A stretch of DNA of 64,000 nucleotides, from positions 9,016-73,015 of the IMG/VR virus record IMGVR_UViG_3300044714_000074; one strand, given 5' to 3'. A program made the translations under genes and the position numbers. The notes under the pieces were generated by a model. It ran no database searches. It had not been told where the DNA came from and saw only the letters and a program-made list of their open reading frames with translations. Numbering within the stretch: the stretch's first letter is position 1; every line of letters begins with the position of its first letter. Positions 9,179 through 18,211 of this stretch are shown in pieces. Source of the stretch: a virus.

Positions 9179-9185
9179 TCGTCTT

Positions 9186-9533
9186 TTATGTCGAGGCCGG
9201 CGCGGGAACCACTTCGATGGTGACGTCGCCGAGCCCGGCCTCGTCGGTGATGCCGATGGCGTTGGCGGCGATCTTCATGAGGTCAATAATTCTATCTGGA
9301 GGTGCGGGGCCTCTATCGACGATCTGCACAATCACAGGATCGCTCGCGGCCGGGTAGCCGCTCGGCGCGAAAAACTCGCGTTGGACCTTGACGAAGGTTC
9401 CGAGCGGCAGCGTCTTGTGGGCGGCGACGTACTCGTTCCAAGCCGCGACGGGATGCCCCGACCAAGCCGTCTTCTCGCTGCCCTCGGTGCGCCAGATGGA
9501 GGCGACGCCGGATTCCGTGTAGAAGTCGGTCAT
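9186..9533 (-). CDS. rlpA: RlpA-like double-psi beta-barrel lytic transglycosylase
   Basis: GVASIW...TA...AAHKTLPLGTFVKV...VDRGP...RIIDL motifs. Confidence 0.85.
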   Translation of the reverse strand: MTDFYTESGVASIWRTEGSEKTAWSGHPVAAWNEYVAAHKTLPLGTFVKVQREFFAPSGYPAASDPVIVQIVDRGPAPPDRIIDLMKIAANAIGITDEAGLGDVTIEVVPAPAST

Positions 9534-9814
9534 AATTGCATCGCCTTTTTCTTCGGCACTGTATGCCATCGCTTGATCGAAACAACGAGAAATGGTCCTA
9601 CAAAATATCCGGCGATGAAAAACGGCGCGTAGGCATAGTTAGTCAGCGACGCGCCTATTCCGGTCAGCTGGCACACAGCCTGGAGCGCGGAGATCATGCC
9701 GACGCAGATCGCGCAGTTCCGCTCTGCCCAGTGCACCCACATAATGCCGGAGCCCTCGTAGAACGCTCCGCACCCGAACACAACAAATGCGGAGACATAA
9801 AACTGAACGGTCAC
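9530..9814 (-). CDS. membrane protein (3 TM)
   Basis: Hydrophobic segments; coupled to the endolysin stop codon. Confidence 0.6.
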   Translation of the reverse strand: MTVQFYVSAFVVFGCGAFYEGSGIMWVHWAERNCAICVGMISALQAVCQLTGIGASLTNYAYAPFFIAGYFVGPFLVVSIKRWHTVPKKKAMQL

Positions 9815-10755
9815 AGCTCCGCTTCTATCTCGGCGATGAAGCCCTTCGCCGGAGCCGCAGCGACATCAGCCGCGAGTTTGGGCGCGTCCCCGGGATTGTA
9901 GATCGCGACGCCGGCCTGTTTCAGCAGCGCCTCCACAGCCCCGCCCCAGGCCAATTCGGGGAAGCCGTTCTTGGCCAGCCACGCCTTGAGCGCGACGTTC
10001 GTCGCGTTGCCGCTGGCGTCGTCAATACCGAGCGGCGGCGTCTGGCCGGCCTTGTTGAGGAGGACCTGGTTGATCGCGGCGTTAAAGGTCGCGTTCTTCG
10101 GGACGCAGCCGTTGAACGGTAGCCGCGCGCCGACATCGACGGTTGGAGTATGCAGCGAATCGGGATCGACGTTGATGACGCCGCCATTGACCGTGAGGTT
10201 GGCGACCGCGCGCTGGATGACGTCGTAGTCGCCCGCCGCGGCGTCCGCCGCGCTGTCGTCGAAGCCCATCGACTGGGTTTCCCACCGCAGGACGATGACG
10301 CCGTCGTTCTTCAGCTTGTTGATGAGGTAGCCACTGCCGTAGCAGCCGATCTGATAGCCGGCACCGAGCGCTGCAGCGAATGCCGCGTAGTACGCCTTGA
10401 CCGCGTCGTACTGGCTCTCGGCGATGTCCATGTCGGTCGTCGGGCAGACGATGCAGCCGAGACCGGGCGGCAGGCCGACTGTCAGCATGAAAGCCTTGCA
10501 ATCTTCCCCGTCTGCAGTGCCGGCCATCGCGCCGGACAGCGAGCGGTTCGCGGTGGTCTCCCACACGATCGCCAGATTGATACCGAGCAGGCCGAGAAGG
10601 ATCGCCTCGGGCTGCTGGATCTCTTTCCACTCGTTCGACGGTCCCGACGCGGCATAGCGCCAGACGAAGGTGATACTGGCGGCGTTCAGGCCAGCGGCAT
10701 AAGGAGATGTGTCGACGCATGCGTCGAAGCCGGTCGTGTTCGGAGGGTTCGTCAT
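9811..10755 (-). CDS. endolysin, DUF1906 / GH25-like glycoside hydrolase with a C-terminal peptidoglycan-binding-like domain
   Basis: GFDAC, FVWRY, WKEI...E, IVWET, DMD, IGCYGSG; C-terminal LGIDxxSGxATxxAL. Confidence 0.8.
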   Translation of the reverse strand: MTNPPNTTGFDACVDTSPYAAGLNAASITFVWRYAASGPSNEWKEIQQPEAILLGLLGINLAIVWETTANRSLSGAMAGTADGEDCKAFMLTVGLPPGLGCIVCPTTDMDIAESQYDAVKAYYAAFAAALGAGYQIGCYGSGYLINKLKNDGVIVLRWETQSMGFDDSAADAAAGDYDVIQRAVANLTVNGGVINVDPDSLHTPTVDVGARLPFNGCVPKNATFNAAINQVLLNKAGQTPPLGIDDASGNATNVALKAWLAKNGFPELAWGGAVEALLKQAGVAIYNPGDAPKLAADVAAAPAKGFIAEIEAEL

Positions 10756-10946
10756 CGCGCCTGCTCCTTTGCGGCGGCGTCCCGCCGCTCCTGCGCCAGT
10801 TGATTATATTCTGGCGCCGTCATGTTGTGATCTTTCAGCCAGTCGAACTGCGTCTGAGTCATCGGTTTCTGCCCGACGCCCTGCATTCCGATTCGTTTCC
10901 ATGGAAAATCATCACTCGTTGCCATTTTGGTTTCATCCCGCGTCAT
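10752..10946 (-). CDS. hypothetical protein
   Basis: Coupled small ORF. Confidence 0.5.
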   Translation of the reverse strand: MTRDETKMATSDDFPWKRIGMQGVGQKPMTQTQFDWLKDHNMTAPEYNQLAQERRDAAAKEQAR

Positions 10947-12265
10947 GGCAGAACCCGGATGTAAACCTGGACGTTGGCCGTCGCCGGGCTACCTTCCGCC
11001 TCCGTGATGCGAAAATACAGCGTCGGGTAGCCAGCGGCGGTTACTGAAATAGTCGAAACTCCGGAGATGTGCTGAAAATTGTTGGCGGTGGCGTCCGCCG
11101 TCGCGCTCACCGTAACGGACGTACTGTTGACAAGAGCCACGCCGGCGCCGCCCGCCGCCGTGAACACTGCGGCGCCGGCCGAGGTCAGGGAGGCGGACGC
11201 GCCGGTGATGTTGACCGACTCGACGTAGTAACGGCTGAAGCCGGATACCGAGGGTACCGGAAACGAAGTGTCGGCGAGGTTGTTGAAATTTACGCTGCTC
11301 AGATTGATCGAAAAGCCGAGGCCGCCGACGCCAGCTTGCGCGATGGGCGAGAACGAGATGCCGCCGGTCGATCCCGGCAATAGAGTGTTGGGATCACCCC
11401 CGGCAGTATCAACAACGCCGCTGCGGGAATCGATCAGGTATTTCGCGGCGGTGATGCCAGAGAAGCCGCTGAAGGTGATGCCAGCCAGGTCCATGAAAGA
11501 ACCGTTGGTCATCGACACGACTTCGGTGAACGTCAGACTTGAGCCGCCCGTGATCGTAACGCCGGCATTGCTCGCTATCGAGCCGCCCTGAGTGCCATCA
11601 AACAAAGTAGTTGCGCTTGAGATGACGGATAGGTTGCCGTTGAAGATGATAAGCGCGCCAGCGTATGACGCACGAAGCATGGCCGTCCCGCTGCAATCCA
11701 GCGTCAGACCGGCCGCATAGACTATGGCGCTGTTGGCGACGATGCAGCCGTGAGTACCTTCAACTTGCAGGTTTTGGATTTGCCAGACTGAATTGACGTT
11801 GCGGGCTATGAAGGTCGGCTCAGTGGTGCAGTCGATAACGACATTAGATGGCGTCGAGGCATCGCCTGCGATGATCGCCTGCGGCGTCAGATTGTTGCCG
11901 AAGTTCGAGTTGCTGGCGAAATCAGGGAGAGCCTCGCACTCGTTATAAGTGCCATCGGCCAACTGGAACGTAAGAGTTTGATTGCCGAGATCGTAGAGCG
12001 GCGGGATCACGGTCAGCGCGTTCGCCAGCGTCTTGCATGGTGTCGTCGGCGACAGACAGCTGTTGCTGTCCGAGCCGGGCTGACAAGTAAACGCGCCACA
12101 CGGAGACGTTGACGATGACGAATTGACATAAGCCGTCAACGACGCCGCGAGCAAAATTTTGGTCGGCTGTGGTGTTGGCTGTGGACCGGGTCCAGGTCCG
12201 GGACCCTGCGCGAGGGCGGTTGAGCCGATAACCGCCGCGACGATCATTGCGAGGATAAATTTCAT
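10943..12265 (-). CDS. beta-helix tail-fibre/tailspike-like protein with a Sec signal peptide
   Basis: MKFILAMIVAAVIGSTALA|Q; YV...GSDSNxxLS...TL..AL...QLADGTY motif of pectin-lyase-like fibre domains; position after the baseplate genes. Confidence 0.7.
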   Translation of the reverse strand: MKFILAMIVAAVIGSTALAQGPGPGPGPQPTPQPTKILLAASLTAYVNSSSSTSPCGAFTCQPGSDSNSCLSPTTPCKTLANALTVIPPLYDLGNQTLTFQLADGTYNECEALPDFASNSNFGNNLTPQAIIAGDASTPSNVVIDCTTEPTFIARNVNSVWQIQNLQVEGTHGCIVANSAIVYAAGLTLDCSGTAMLRASYAGALIIFNGNLSVISSATTLFDGTQGGSIASNAGVTITGGSSLTFTEVVSMTNGSFMDLAGITFSGFSGITAAKYLIDSRSGVVDTAGGDPNTLLPGSTGGISFSPIAQAGVGGLGFSINLSSVNFNNLADTSFPVPSVSGFSRYYVESVNITGASASLTSAGAAVFTAAGGAGVALVNSTSVTVSATADATANNFQHISGVSTISVTAAGYPTLYFRITEAEGSPATANVQVYIRVLP

Positions 12266-12267
12266 CT

Positions 12268-12597
12268 TTAATAGACCACGACGCTGAATTTGTGACCGCC
12301 AGTTGCGGCGTTTACGCTGGTATTCGTAGTTTGGCCAGGAATCAGTTGCCAGATGCCGCCGGGAGGAATCCGGAAGTTGGTGCCGTTCACCCCGCCGGCA
12401 ACGGTTGGACTCGCCGCGGCACCGACAGGGTTGATGACGAGATCCTCGGCGGCGGGCAAGTTGCCCTGATCGGCCGCCGACACCGGGTTTTGGATGAAGC
12501 CGCCATTTGGACCAGCGGCAACCGCGATCACCGGCGTGCCGCCGACGGTGACGACGGAGGCGGCGCCAGCGACGGGAGTGACGGGATTAGCCGCCAT
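12268..12597 (-). CDS. small virion protein, paralogous to the N-terminal domain of 14632-15708
   Basis: Shared ANPV...GG..NP..A.DQG...PGG...QTT..SVNAAT.GHKFS. Confidence 0.75.
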   Translation of the reverse strand: MAANPVTPVAGAASVVTVGGTPVIAVAAGPNGGFIQNPVSAADQGNLPAAEDLVINPVGAAASPTVAGGVNGTNFRIPPGGIWQLIPGQTTNTSVNAATGGHKFSVVVY

Positions 12598-12598
12598 G

Positions 12599-13993
12599 TC
12601 AGCCGACCATTCTTAGTTCGGCGGCGACGTTGTCGTTCGCCGGCTCCAGGGCGCTCATCTCTTCCCAGACATGCAAATTGCAAACTGGGGTTCCGGCGGC
12701 GGTCGAGCACCACGTCGTCGTGTTGGTCGAGCTGTTCTTCACGCAGACCTCGTAGGTCTGTTGCGATGACGTGTTGGGCGCATCATAGGCATCGGCCGTG
12801 ACCGAGAACACGCCGACACCGGATAAACTCAATGGCAATGTGTTTCCCACTGCAGTGGTGCAGGCGCCGCTGCCGCCGGACGCTCGAAACACTTGCCACG
12901 TTCCGTCGCTGCCGGACAGGGCGGCCGTTCCGATCGCCTGGATGTGAATCAAGTTGGCCGCGCTAGTCGGCGTGATCGAAACGGCAGGAGCTCCACCGAC
13001 GTAGGATGTCGTGGATGACTGCGTCTGCGACGATGTCGACACGACCAAATGCTGCACGATGTCGCCGGCCTTCTTCACTCCGGGACCCATGAGTTGAACA
13101 TATGTCGGACCGGTAGCCCACGTCCCCGCCGTCGACTCGGCGATGTCGATGTAGCCAATCTCGCGAACCGCCACGTTGGAGAGCGACGATGTCGAGCAAT
13201 AAGGCGTTTGCGCTGAGCTGCCGCCGGTCGTCCCGCTGGCGCTGCTTTGAAGCGCTTGCTCGTTGATCCCGACGATGCTCGGCCCCGACGAGTTCACGGA
13301 ATTGTAGGCACACAGCGCGACCGTCCCGGCGTTGTTCGCCAGATAGACGCGGAGCCGGCAAAATATGCTGCTGCTCTGGCAACCCATGGTGTGAGTCGAC
13401 GCTATGGTGATGCTGAGCGCGCCGGTGATCGATTCGAAGACCGGATCGCCGTTCGCGATCGTCGCGTCGCGAAAGGCGACGAGGATCGGGTTCGACGCGC
13501 TGGCGTTCGACCCGTTGTTGCCGACGACCGCGATGGTCAGAGCGTTCGTCGACACCGTGGCGTTGATCTGAAGGTTCGGCGGCATGTTGAAGCCGAGCGA
13601 CGAGTTTCCAACCGTCGACGCCGTGGTCGGCAGGTTGACCGGACCGAGCACCACGAAGCAGGAACTGTTGTAGGTCAGCAGGATCGGTTGACTGGTCACG
13701 ATCTCGCCGCCGACAAGCGTCGTCGTCCCGGCGCCGTTCGGTTTGCAGAAGTGCGGCGGTGATCCGAAGCTATTGACGTTGAGCGTGGCATCGCCGGTGT
13801 TCGAGGCACCGGGATTGTAGATGATGATCGCGCTGACAAGATCGGCGTAGGACAGGACCTGCGGCGGCAGCGTGAGAGTCTGCGTGTTCGCTGAGCCGGC
13901 CCCGGTCCCGGCGTAGGTCGGAAACTGCGCGGCCGCCGGCGCCAGCATGGCTCCGAAGAAGAGTGCCGCAGCGACGAGGATTCTAGCGATCAT
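12599..13993 (-). CDS. tail-fibre-like protein with a Sec signal peptide (true start 13993)
   Basis: MIARILVAAALFFGAMLAPAAA|Q; GSANTQTLT...NTGDATLNVN fibre domain; C-terminal GDIVQ...SITPTSAANLI...DAPNTSSQQTY domain; ATGA overlap with the upstream gene. Confidence 0.75.
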   Translation of the reverse strand: MIARILVAAALFFGAMLAPAAAQFPTYAGTGAGSANTQTLTLPPQVLSYADLVSAIIIYNPGASNTGDATLNVNSFGSPPHFCKPNGAGTTTLVGGEIVTSQPILLTYNSSCFVVLGPVNLPTTASTVGNSSLGFNMPPNLQINATVSTNALTIAVVGNNGSNASASNPILVAFRDATIANGDPVFESITGALSITIASTHTMGCQSSSIFCRLRVYLANNAGTVALCAYNSVNSSGPSIVGINEQALQSSASGTTGGSSAQTPYCSTSSLSNVAVREIGYIDIAESTAGTWATGPTYVQLMGPGVKKAGDIVQHLVVSTSSQTQSSTTSYVGGAPAVSITPTSAANLIHIQAIGTAALSGSDGTWQVFRASGGSGACTTAVGNTLPLSLSGVGVFSVTADAYDAPNTSSQQTYEVCVKNSSTNTTTWCSTAAGTPVCNLHVWEEMSALEPANDNVAAELRMVG

Positions 13994-14625
13994 GGCTTGT
14001 AGCTCCAGACGTTGCTGCCGTAGTAGCGGAAATAGGCGCACTGCCCGTTGACGTTCAGTTGGACGGACGCGGCATCGGCGATCGTCATGCCGGCCGGGGC
14101 GTTCACCGTCACCGGATAGGCGTTGAAGTTGTGGTTGAGATCCTCGATCGCGTAAAGCTGACCGGCTACCGCCGCCGAGGGAAGCGTCGTCGAAGATGTC
14201 GCCAGCGACGTGCTGCGGTTGAGCCCCACCGCACCGCCGGCGTCGGCAGTCGACATCGTGAAGGCGCCGCTCGCAGTGACGATGCGTGACGGTGACAGCG
14301 AACCGGTCTGCTGGAGCGCGGCCATCTGGCCAGCCGTGAGGAGGTTCGCGAAGAGATCGCCGGCGAGCCACGTCTGCGCGACGGTCCCTTCCTGGGCGCG
14401 CACCATCGTCGTGATGGTATCGCCGGAGATCGCTGTGCAGTAGACGATCTCCGTCAGCAGCCCGGTCGCGGCGTCGTTGAAGGTGGCGGCGAACTCCTGG
14501 CCGGCGCTCGGCGTCGGGAAGAGCGCCCCGGTGCCGGAGGCCAAGGTGACGGAGGTCGCCGCGGCCGAGATCGGGCCGGCGATCGTCGTTGACGCATCGT
14601 TGGCGAAAATGAAAGCGGTCACCAA
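13990..14625 (-). CDS. baseplate-proximal tail fibre / adaptor protein
   Basis: FANDASTTIAG..S...TSVTL..GTGALFP...EIV.CTA...RAQEGT N-terminal fibre-attachment motif. Confidence 0.75.
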   Translation of the reverse strand: MVTAFIFANDASTTIAGPISAAATSVTLASGTGALFPTPSAGQEFAATFNDAATGLLTEIVYCTAISGDTITTMVRAQEGTVAQTWLAGDLFANLLTAGQMAALQQTGSLSPSRIVTASGAFTMSTADAGGAVGLNRSTSLATSSTTLPSAAVAGQLYAIEDLNHNFNAYPVTVNAPAGMTIADAASVQLNVNGQCAYFRYYGSNVWSYKP

Positions 14626-14631
14626 GCCCTC

Positions 14632-15708
14632 CTAGACCGCCACGATGAACGTGGCTTGAAACGGCAAAGCAAGAACGCCCGAATCGATGCCCTCTTTGAG
14701 TACGCTTGCCAGGGCCGGCGGGTTCGGCCCGCTGTTGAATTGCGTGACCAGGTGGTTGAACGCCATCCTGTTGTAGCCGAATCGGTTGAACAATGCACCC
14801 CCGAGAATCGTCCTCGAGCCGCCGCCGAGCCGGATGGCGACGACACCGTCGCTGCCGAAACTGACGTCGACGATGTAGGTCTGGTCGATGTTCGGAGCCG
14901 TTCCCTGCGGACCGTAGAGGAATCGCATGATCCGGCGCTTCAGCCAGCGGACGTTGAAGACGTTCCCGTCGCCCTTGTAGAAATTCCAGGTGATGATCCG
15001 CTTGAAGACGTCGTCGGAGGTCGCCGTCACGTTCGACGGGCCCACGACCTTCGTCGCGTTGAAGGCGTGCGTATTGAAGGCGAAGGTGTTGTAGGGACCG
15101 ATGTTTCGGTTCCGGCCCGAAGACAACGCCGGCCGAACGAACCCGTAAAGCCCCTCCGCCACCCAGTCCAGCAGCGAGCCGACGATCTGCGCGCCGGTAT
15201 AGACCGGCAGGCCGATCGTGGCGAACCACGTCACGTAGCTTTGCGCGAGCGCGTTCCAGGAAGCGACGAAGGCCTGGAGGTTGTCGTCGTCGGCGTACTG
15301 AACGTAGAGGTACGATGGGATCAGCGCGGTCAGCGTCGTCGGCCCCGCCGGCGGGAAGGTGCCGGGCTGCGGCGTCGGCGGGTACGGCGTCTGAGGCTGA
15401 AGGACGTAGGCCGAGAACTTGTGTCCCGATGTCGCCGCGTTGACGCTGACGCTCGTCGTCTGGTTCGGGATCGTGAAGGCGCCGCCGGGCTGGATCGGGA
15501 CCGACGTCGCGGTCTCGCCGACTGTCGCGTCCGCACCGGTGATGTCGACATAGAGTGGCTCGACGATCGCGATGCCCTGATCCTCGGCCATCGCCGGGTT
15601 GAGGATGGCGCCGCCAAGGACCGGGCCGAAGACAGCCGTGACGGCCTTCCCGCCGACAACAACCTCGCTGGCGACCGGGGCGTAGAGCGATACGGGGTTG
15701 GCGCCCAT
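14632..15708 (-). CDS. baseplate wedge protein (DUF2612 / gpI-like) with an extra N-terminal domain
   Basis: PSYLYVQYADD, GSLLDWVAEGLYG, SDDVFKRIITW motifs; follows baseplate J. Confidence 0.75.
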   Translation of the reverse strand: MGANPVSLYAPVASEVVVGGKAVTAVFGPVLGGAILNPAMAEDQGIAIVEPLYVDITGADATVGETATSVPIQPGGAFTIPNQTTSVSVNAATSGHKFSAYVLQPQTPYPPTPQPGTFPPAGPTTLTALIPSYLYVQYADDDNLQAFVASWNALAQSYVTWFATIGLPVYTGAQIVGSLLDWVAEGLYGFVRPALSSGRNRNIGPYNTFAFNTHAFNATKVVGPSNVTATSDDVFKRIITWNFYKGDGNVFNVRWLKRRIMRFLYGPQGTAPNIDQTYIVDVSFGSDGVVAIRLGGGSRTILGGALFNRFGYNRMAFNHLVTQFNSGPNPPALASVLKEGIDSGVLALPFQATFIVAV

Positions 15709-15730
15709 CGTTAATGTTTACTTTCGTTTT

Positions 15731-16375
15731 TTAGATCGCAACACAAGAGAACTGTCCGGTCGGCGTGCGGGCCATAAAATATTCGTTGATTCGACTCTGC
15801 ATTTGGCGAAGGCATCCACAGCTTCGAGTATTACCGCTCATCAGCGATTTAGCCGCGACCATGATCTCGTTGCCGCAATCGCAGTGAGCGAGCCAGCGTC
15901 TTTGACCACGTCCAGCATCGAATTTTCGCGGCAAAACATGCAAGACGGTCAAATGACCAAATTTTTGACCAGAAAGGTTTTTTCTCATCCGACAGCCACA
16001 TGATCTGGCGCGACCACAGTTCAACAATTTTATTTGAATTGCCGATTCGGCACCGCAATCACATTTGCAGAGCATCCATCCGCGTCCAGCTGTGGCCATA
16101 ACCGTAAGCTGACCAAACCGCCTGCCGATTAGATCGCGTCGCAATTTTCTGCATCCGCATGTTTTGAGACCGCCCTTGGTCAGAACACTAAGCGGAACCT
16201 TTCTATAATTTCCGCAATCGCAACGGCACATCCAACCTCGATTAGCTTTCCCGGTAATGACCAGCATTCCAAAACGAGAACCAACAGGCGATTGAATCTG
16301 TTCTGCTGGTGACGATATGGGTCCACCAACAAATTCGACTGGAAAGCCAAAACCCTTGCGCCGAATGCTTCTCAT
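15731..16375 (-). CDS. homing-endonuclease-associated protein with three CxCDCG repeats
   Basis: Three G.RFG.L.V...W.C.CDCG...SCGC repeats; lower GC than its neighbours. Confidence 0.7.
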   Translation of the reverse strand: MRSIRRKGFGFPVEFVGGPISSPAEQIQSPVGSRFGMLVITGKANRGWMCRCDCGNYRKVPLSVLTKGGLKTCGCRKLRRDLIGRRFGQLTVMATAGRGWMLCKCDCGAESAIQIKLLNCGRARSCGCRMRKNLSGQKFGHLTVLHVLPRKFDAGRGQRRWLAHCDCGNEIMVAAKSLMSGNTRSCGCLRQMQSRINEYFMARTPTGQFSCVAI

Positions 16376-16387
16376 TGACTCGTCCTA

Positions 16388-17830
16388 TTAACCTTGTGTC
16401 ACGGTGATGCCGGAGCCGAGAGGATCGGTATAGAAGCTAGATTCGATGTCGCCGAAAACGAGCAGCGTCCCGGCCTGTGGCGGCGTCACGATGCCGTTGA
16501 TCGAGACCGTGAAGGTCAGCACCGATATTTGCGAGGGATCGAGCACGCTCGCCACGGCCGTCTGGAAGGTGCTGTTCATGACCCCGACGTTGATCGGTTG
16601 TCCGGCCACGATCGAGTCGATGTAAGCCGCGATCGCCGGCGCCGCGAGCTGCGCGACGGCCGCCTGCGAGACGAAGTTCGGCTGCGCCGTGTTCCACAGC
16701 ACCGCGATCGTCACCGCCTGCTGCGGCGGGTCGACGAAAATCACCGAGTAGGTGTTCGGGTAGTCGAGAAGATTGACGGAAACATTGCGGAGATTCGGTG
16801 TCAGGACGCCGCCGCCGCTGTAGGCCGGGTAGCCGCTGGTGTTGATTCCGATGCTGAAGGACTTCTCGGTGAGAACGGTGACAGTGAACGATTCGCCGTT
16901 GAGCGGAATCATCCCCTGGATTCCGGTCGCGACCGCGACCTGCCCGCTCGAGTAGTTGTGGTTCAGGTTCGTCGTGATCACGGCGTCCGCGGCCTGCGTG
17001 ACATTCGTGATCGCAAGCGTCGAGCCGACGAGCGTCGAGACGTCAAAAAGCGCCTGGAAGATCGCGAGCGCGACCTCGTAGGGATCGCCGCCGCCGCAGA
17101 TGACCTCCCAGCCACCACCGGCCGCCGTCTGCTGGATGACCGAGATCAGCCTTTGCTGGACCCCGGGAACAGTGCCGAGGAGCGTCTTGAGGAAGGTCGG
17201 CATCCCCTGCGCCACCGCCTGTCCGGCTTGGAGGACGCGGGCACGGTACTGCTCCGAGGTCTCCGCCGGACCGCCGGAAATCCCGGCCGCCGGGTTCGAG
17301 CAGGTCAGCACTATGCCCGACGGAACCGAGGTCACCAGGTTTGTCACGGTGCCGGCCGGGACCGCCCAGGAGCCAGCGATCGTCGCTTGGCAGAACAGCG
17401 GCGCCGAGGTTCCACCGGAGGCCACGACGCCACCGTCCTGGACGACGTACTGGTAGGTGCCATCGGAGACCGTGAAGCCGACCGGGATCACGAAGCCGAC
17501 TGTCCCGGTGAACTCGACGTAGACCGACGTGTTCGTCGGCACCGCCGGCGCCGAGCCGGGACCGATGTAAATCTGGCCGAGCTCGAGCAGCGTGAAATCG
17601 TTGGCACCGAACGGGGTTAGCGAGTTGATGGTCTCGACGCGCGCCGAGTCGATCTCGGCGAGGCCGCCGACCTGCGTGCTGGAAACGTCCTCGATTAGCG
17701 ATCCCGGAAGCGACGACGTGTAACCCGGCACGGTCGCCGCGACAGAGGCGAGGAGCGCGGCGAGCAGCGCGGCCGGCGGCGTCGGCTGCGCGCCGGCGGC
17801 CGTGACAACTACGGGAATGTCCGCGCTCAT
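16388..17830 (-). CDS. baseplate J-like wedge protein
   Basis: LPGSLIED, VIPVGFTVSDG, GGPAETSEQYRARVL motifs; synteny. Confidence 0.85.
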   Translation of the reverse strand: MSADIPVVVTAAGAQPTPPAALLAALLASVAATVPGYTSSLPGSLIEDVSSTQVGGLAEIDSARVETINSLTPFGANDFTLLELGQIYIGPGSAPAVPTNTSVYVEFTGTVGFVIPVGFTVSDGTYQYVVQDGGVVASGGTSAPLFCQATIAGSWAVPAGTVTNLVTSVPSGIVLTCSNPAAGISGGPAETSEQYRARVLQAGQAVAQGMPTFLKTLLGTVPGVQQRLISVIQQTAAGGGWEVICGGGDPYEVALAIFQALFDVSTLVGSTLAITNVTQAADAVITTNLNHNYSSGQVAVATGIQGMIPLNGESFTVTVLTEKSFSIGINTSGYPAYSGGGVLTPNLRNVSVNLLDYPNTYSVIFVDPPQQAVTIAVLWNTAQPNFVSQAAVAQLAAPAIAAYIDSIVAGQPINVGVMNSTFQTAVASVLDPSQISVLTFTVSINGIVTPPQAGTLLVFGDIESSFYTDPLGSGITVTQG

Positions 17831-18204
17831 TCCGGCACCTGCAGCACGGCGACTGCTCCCTGGTTCGTAACCACGTTTATCTTATAACTCGGCGGATTGC
17901 TTCCCAATTTCGTGACGATCAGAGAGGCGAAGTATTGCGAGAACTGCTGCTGCGTCCGCGTGACGTAAAAATCCGGCTGAACCTGCTGGATGATGGTCTG
18001 CTGATCGGGGATGCCGTAGTTGGCGTAGAACGGCGATTCGCCGAGGTTCAGGAGCAAGACTTGGCACAGAGTTGTAAGCCAGACAGAATCATCGAACCCG
18101 TTCGCGTCGGTCGTGACCTCTTGCCAGTAAGGATAGCCGGCGGGCTGCGGCACCTTTCGGCTGCCGTCCGAATTGAGCGCGAAAACGCGACCCCACGTTC
18201 TCAT
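17827..18204 (-). CDS. baseplate wedge / sheath initiator (gpW/gp25-like)
   Basis: LLLNLGESPFYANYGIP motif; lies between spike and J. Confidence 0.7.
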   Translation of the reverse strand: MRTWGRVFALNSDGSRKVPQPAGYPYWQEVTTDANGFDDSVWLTTLCQVLLLNLGESPFYANYGIPDQQTIIQQVQPDFYVTRTQQQFSQYFASLIVTKLGSNPPSYKINVVTNQGAVAVLQVPE

Positions 18205-18211
18205 GGTATCG

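Noticed and set aside
10943-14625. Diversity-generating retroelement or invertase shufflon acting on the fibre genes
   Set aside because: No reverse transcriptase, recombinase or TR/VR repeat pair seen in the window
13994-15229. N-terminal 411 aa of the 876-aa ORF 12599-15229
   Set aside because: Arg-rich shadow frame overlapping two real baseplate/fibre genes; the real start is the coupled ATG at 13993
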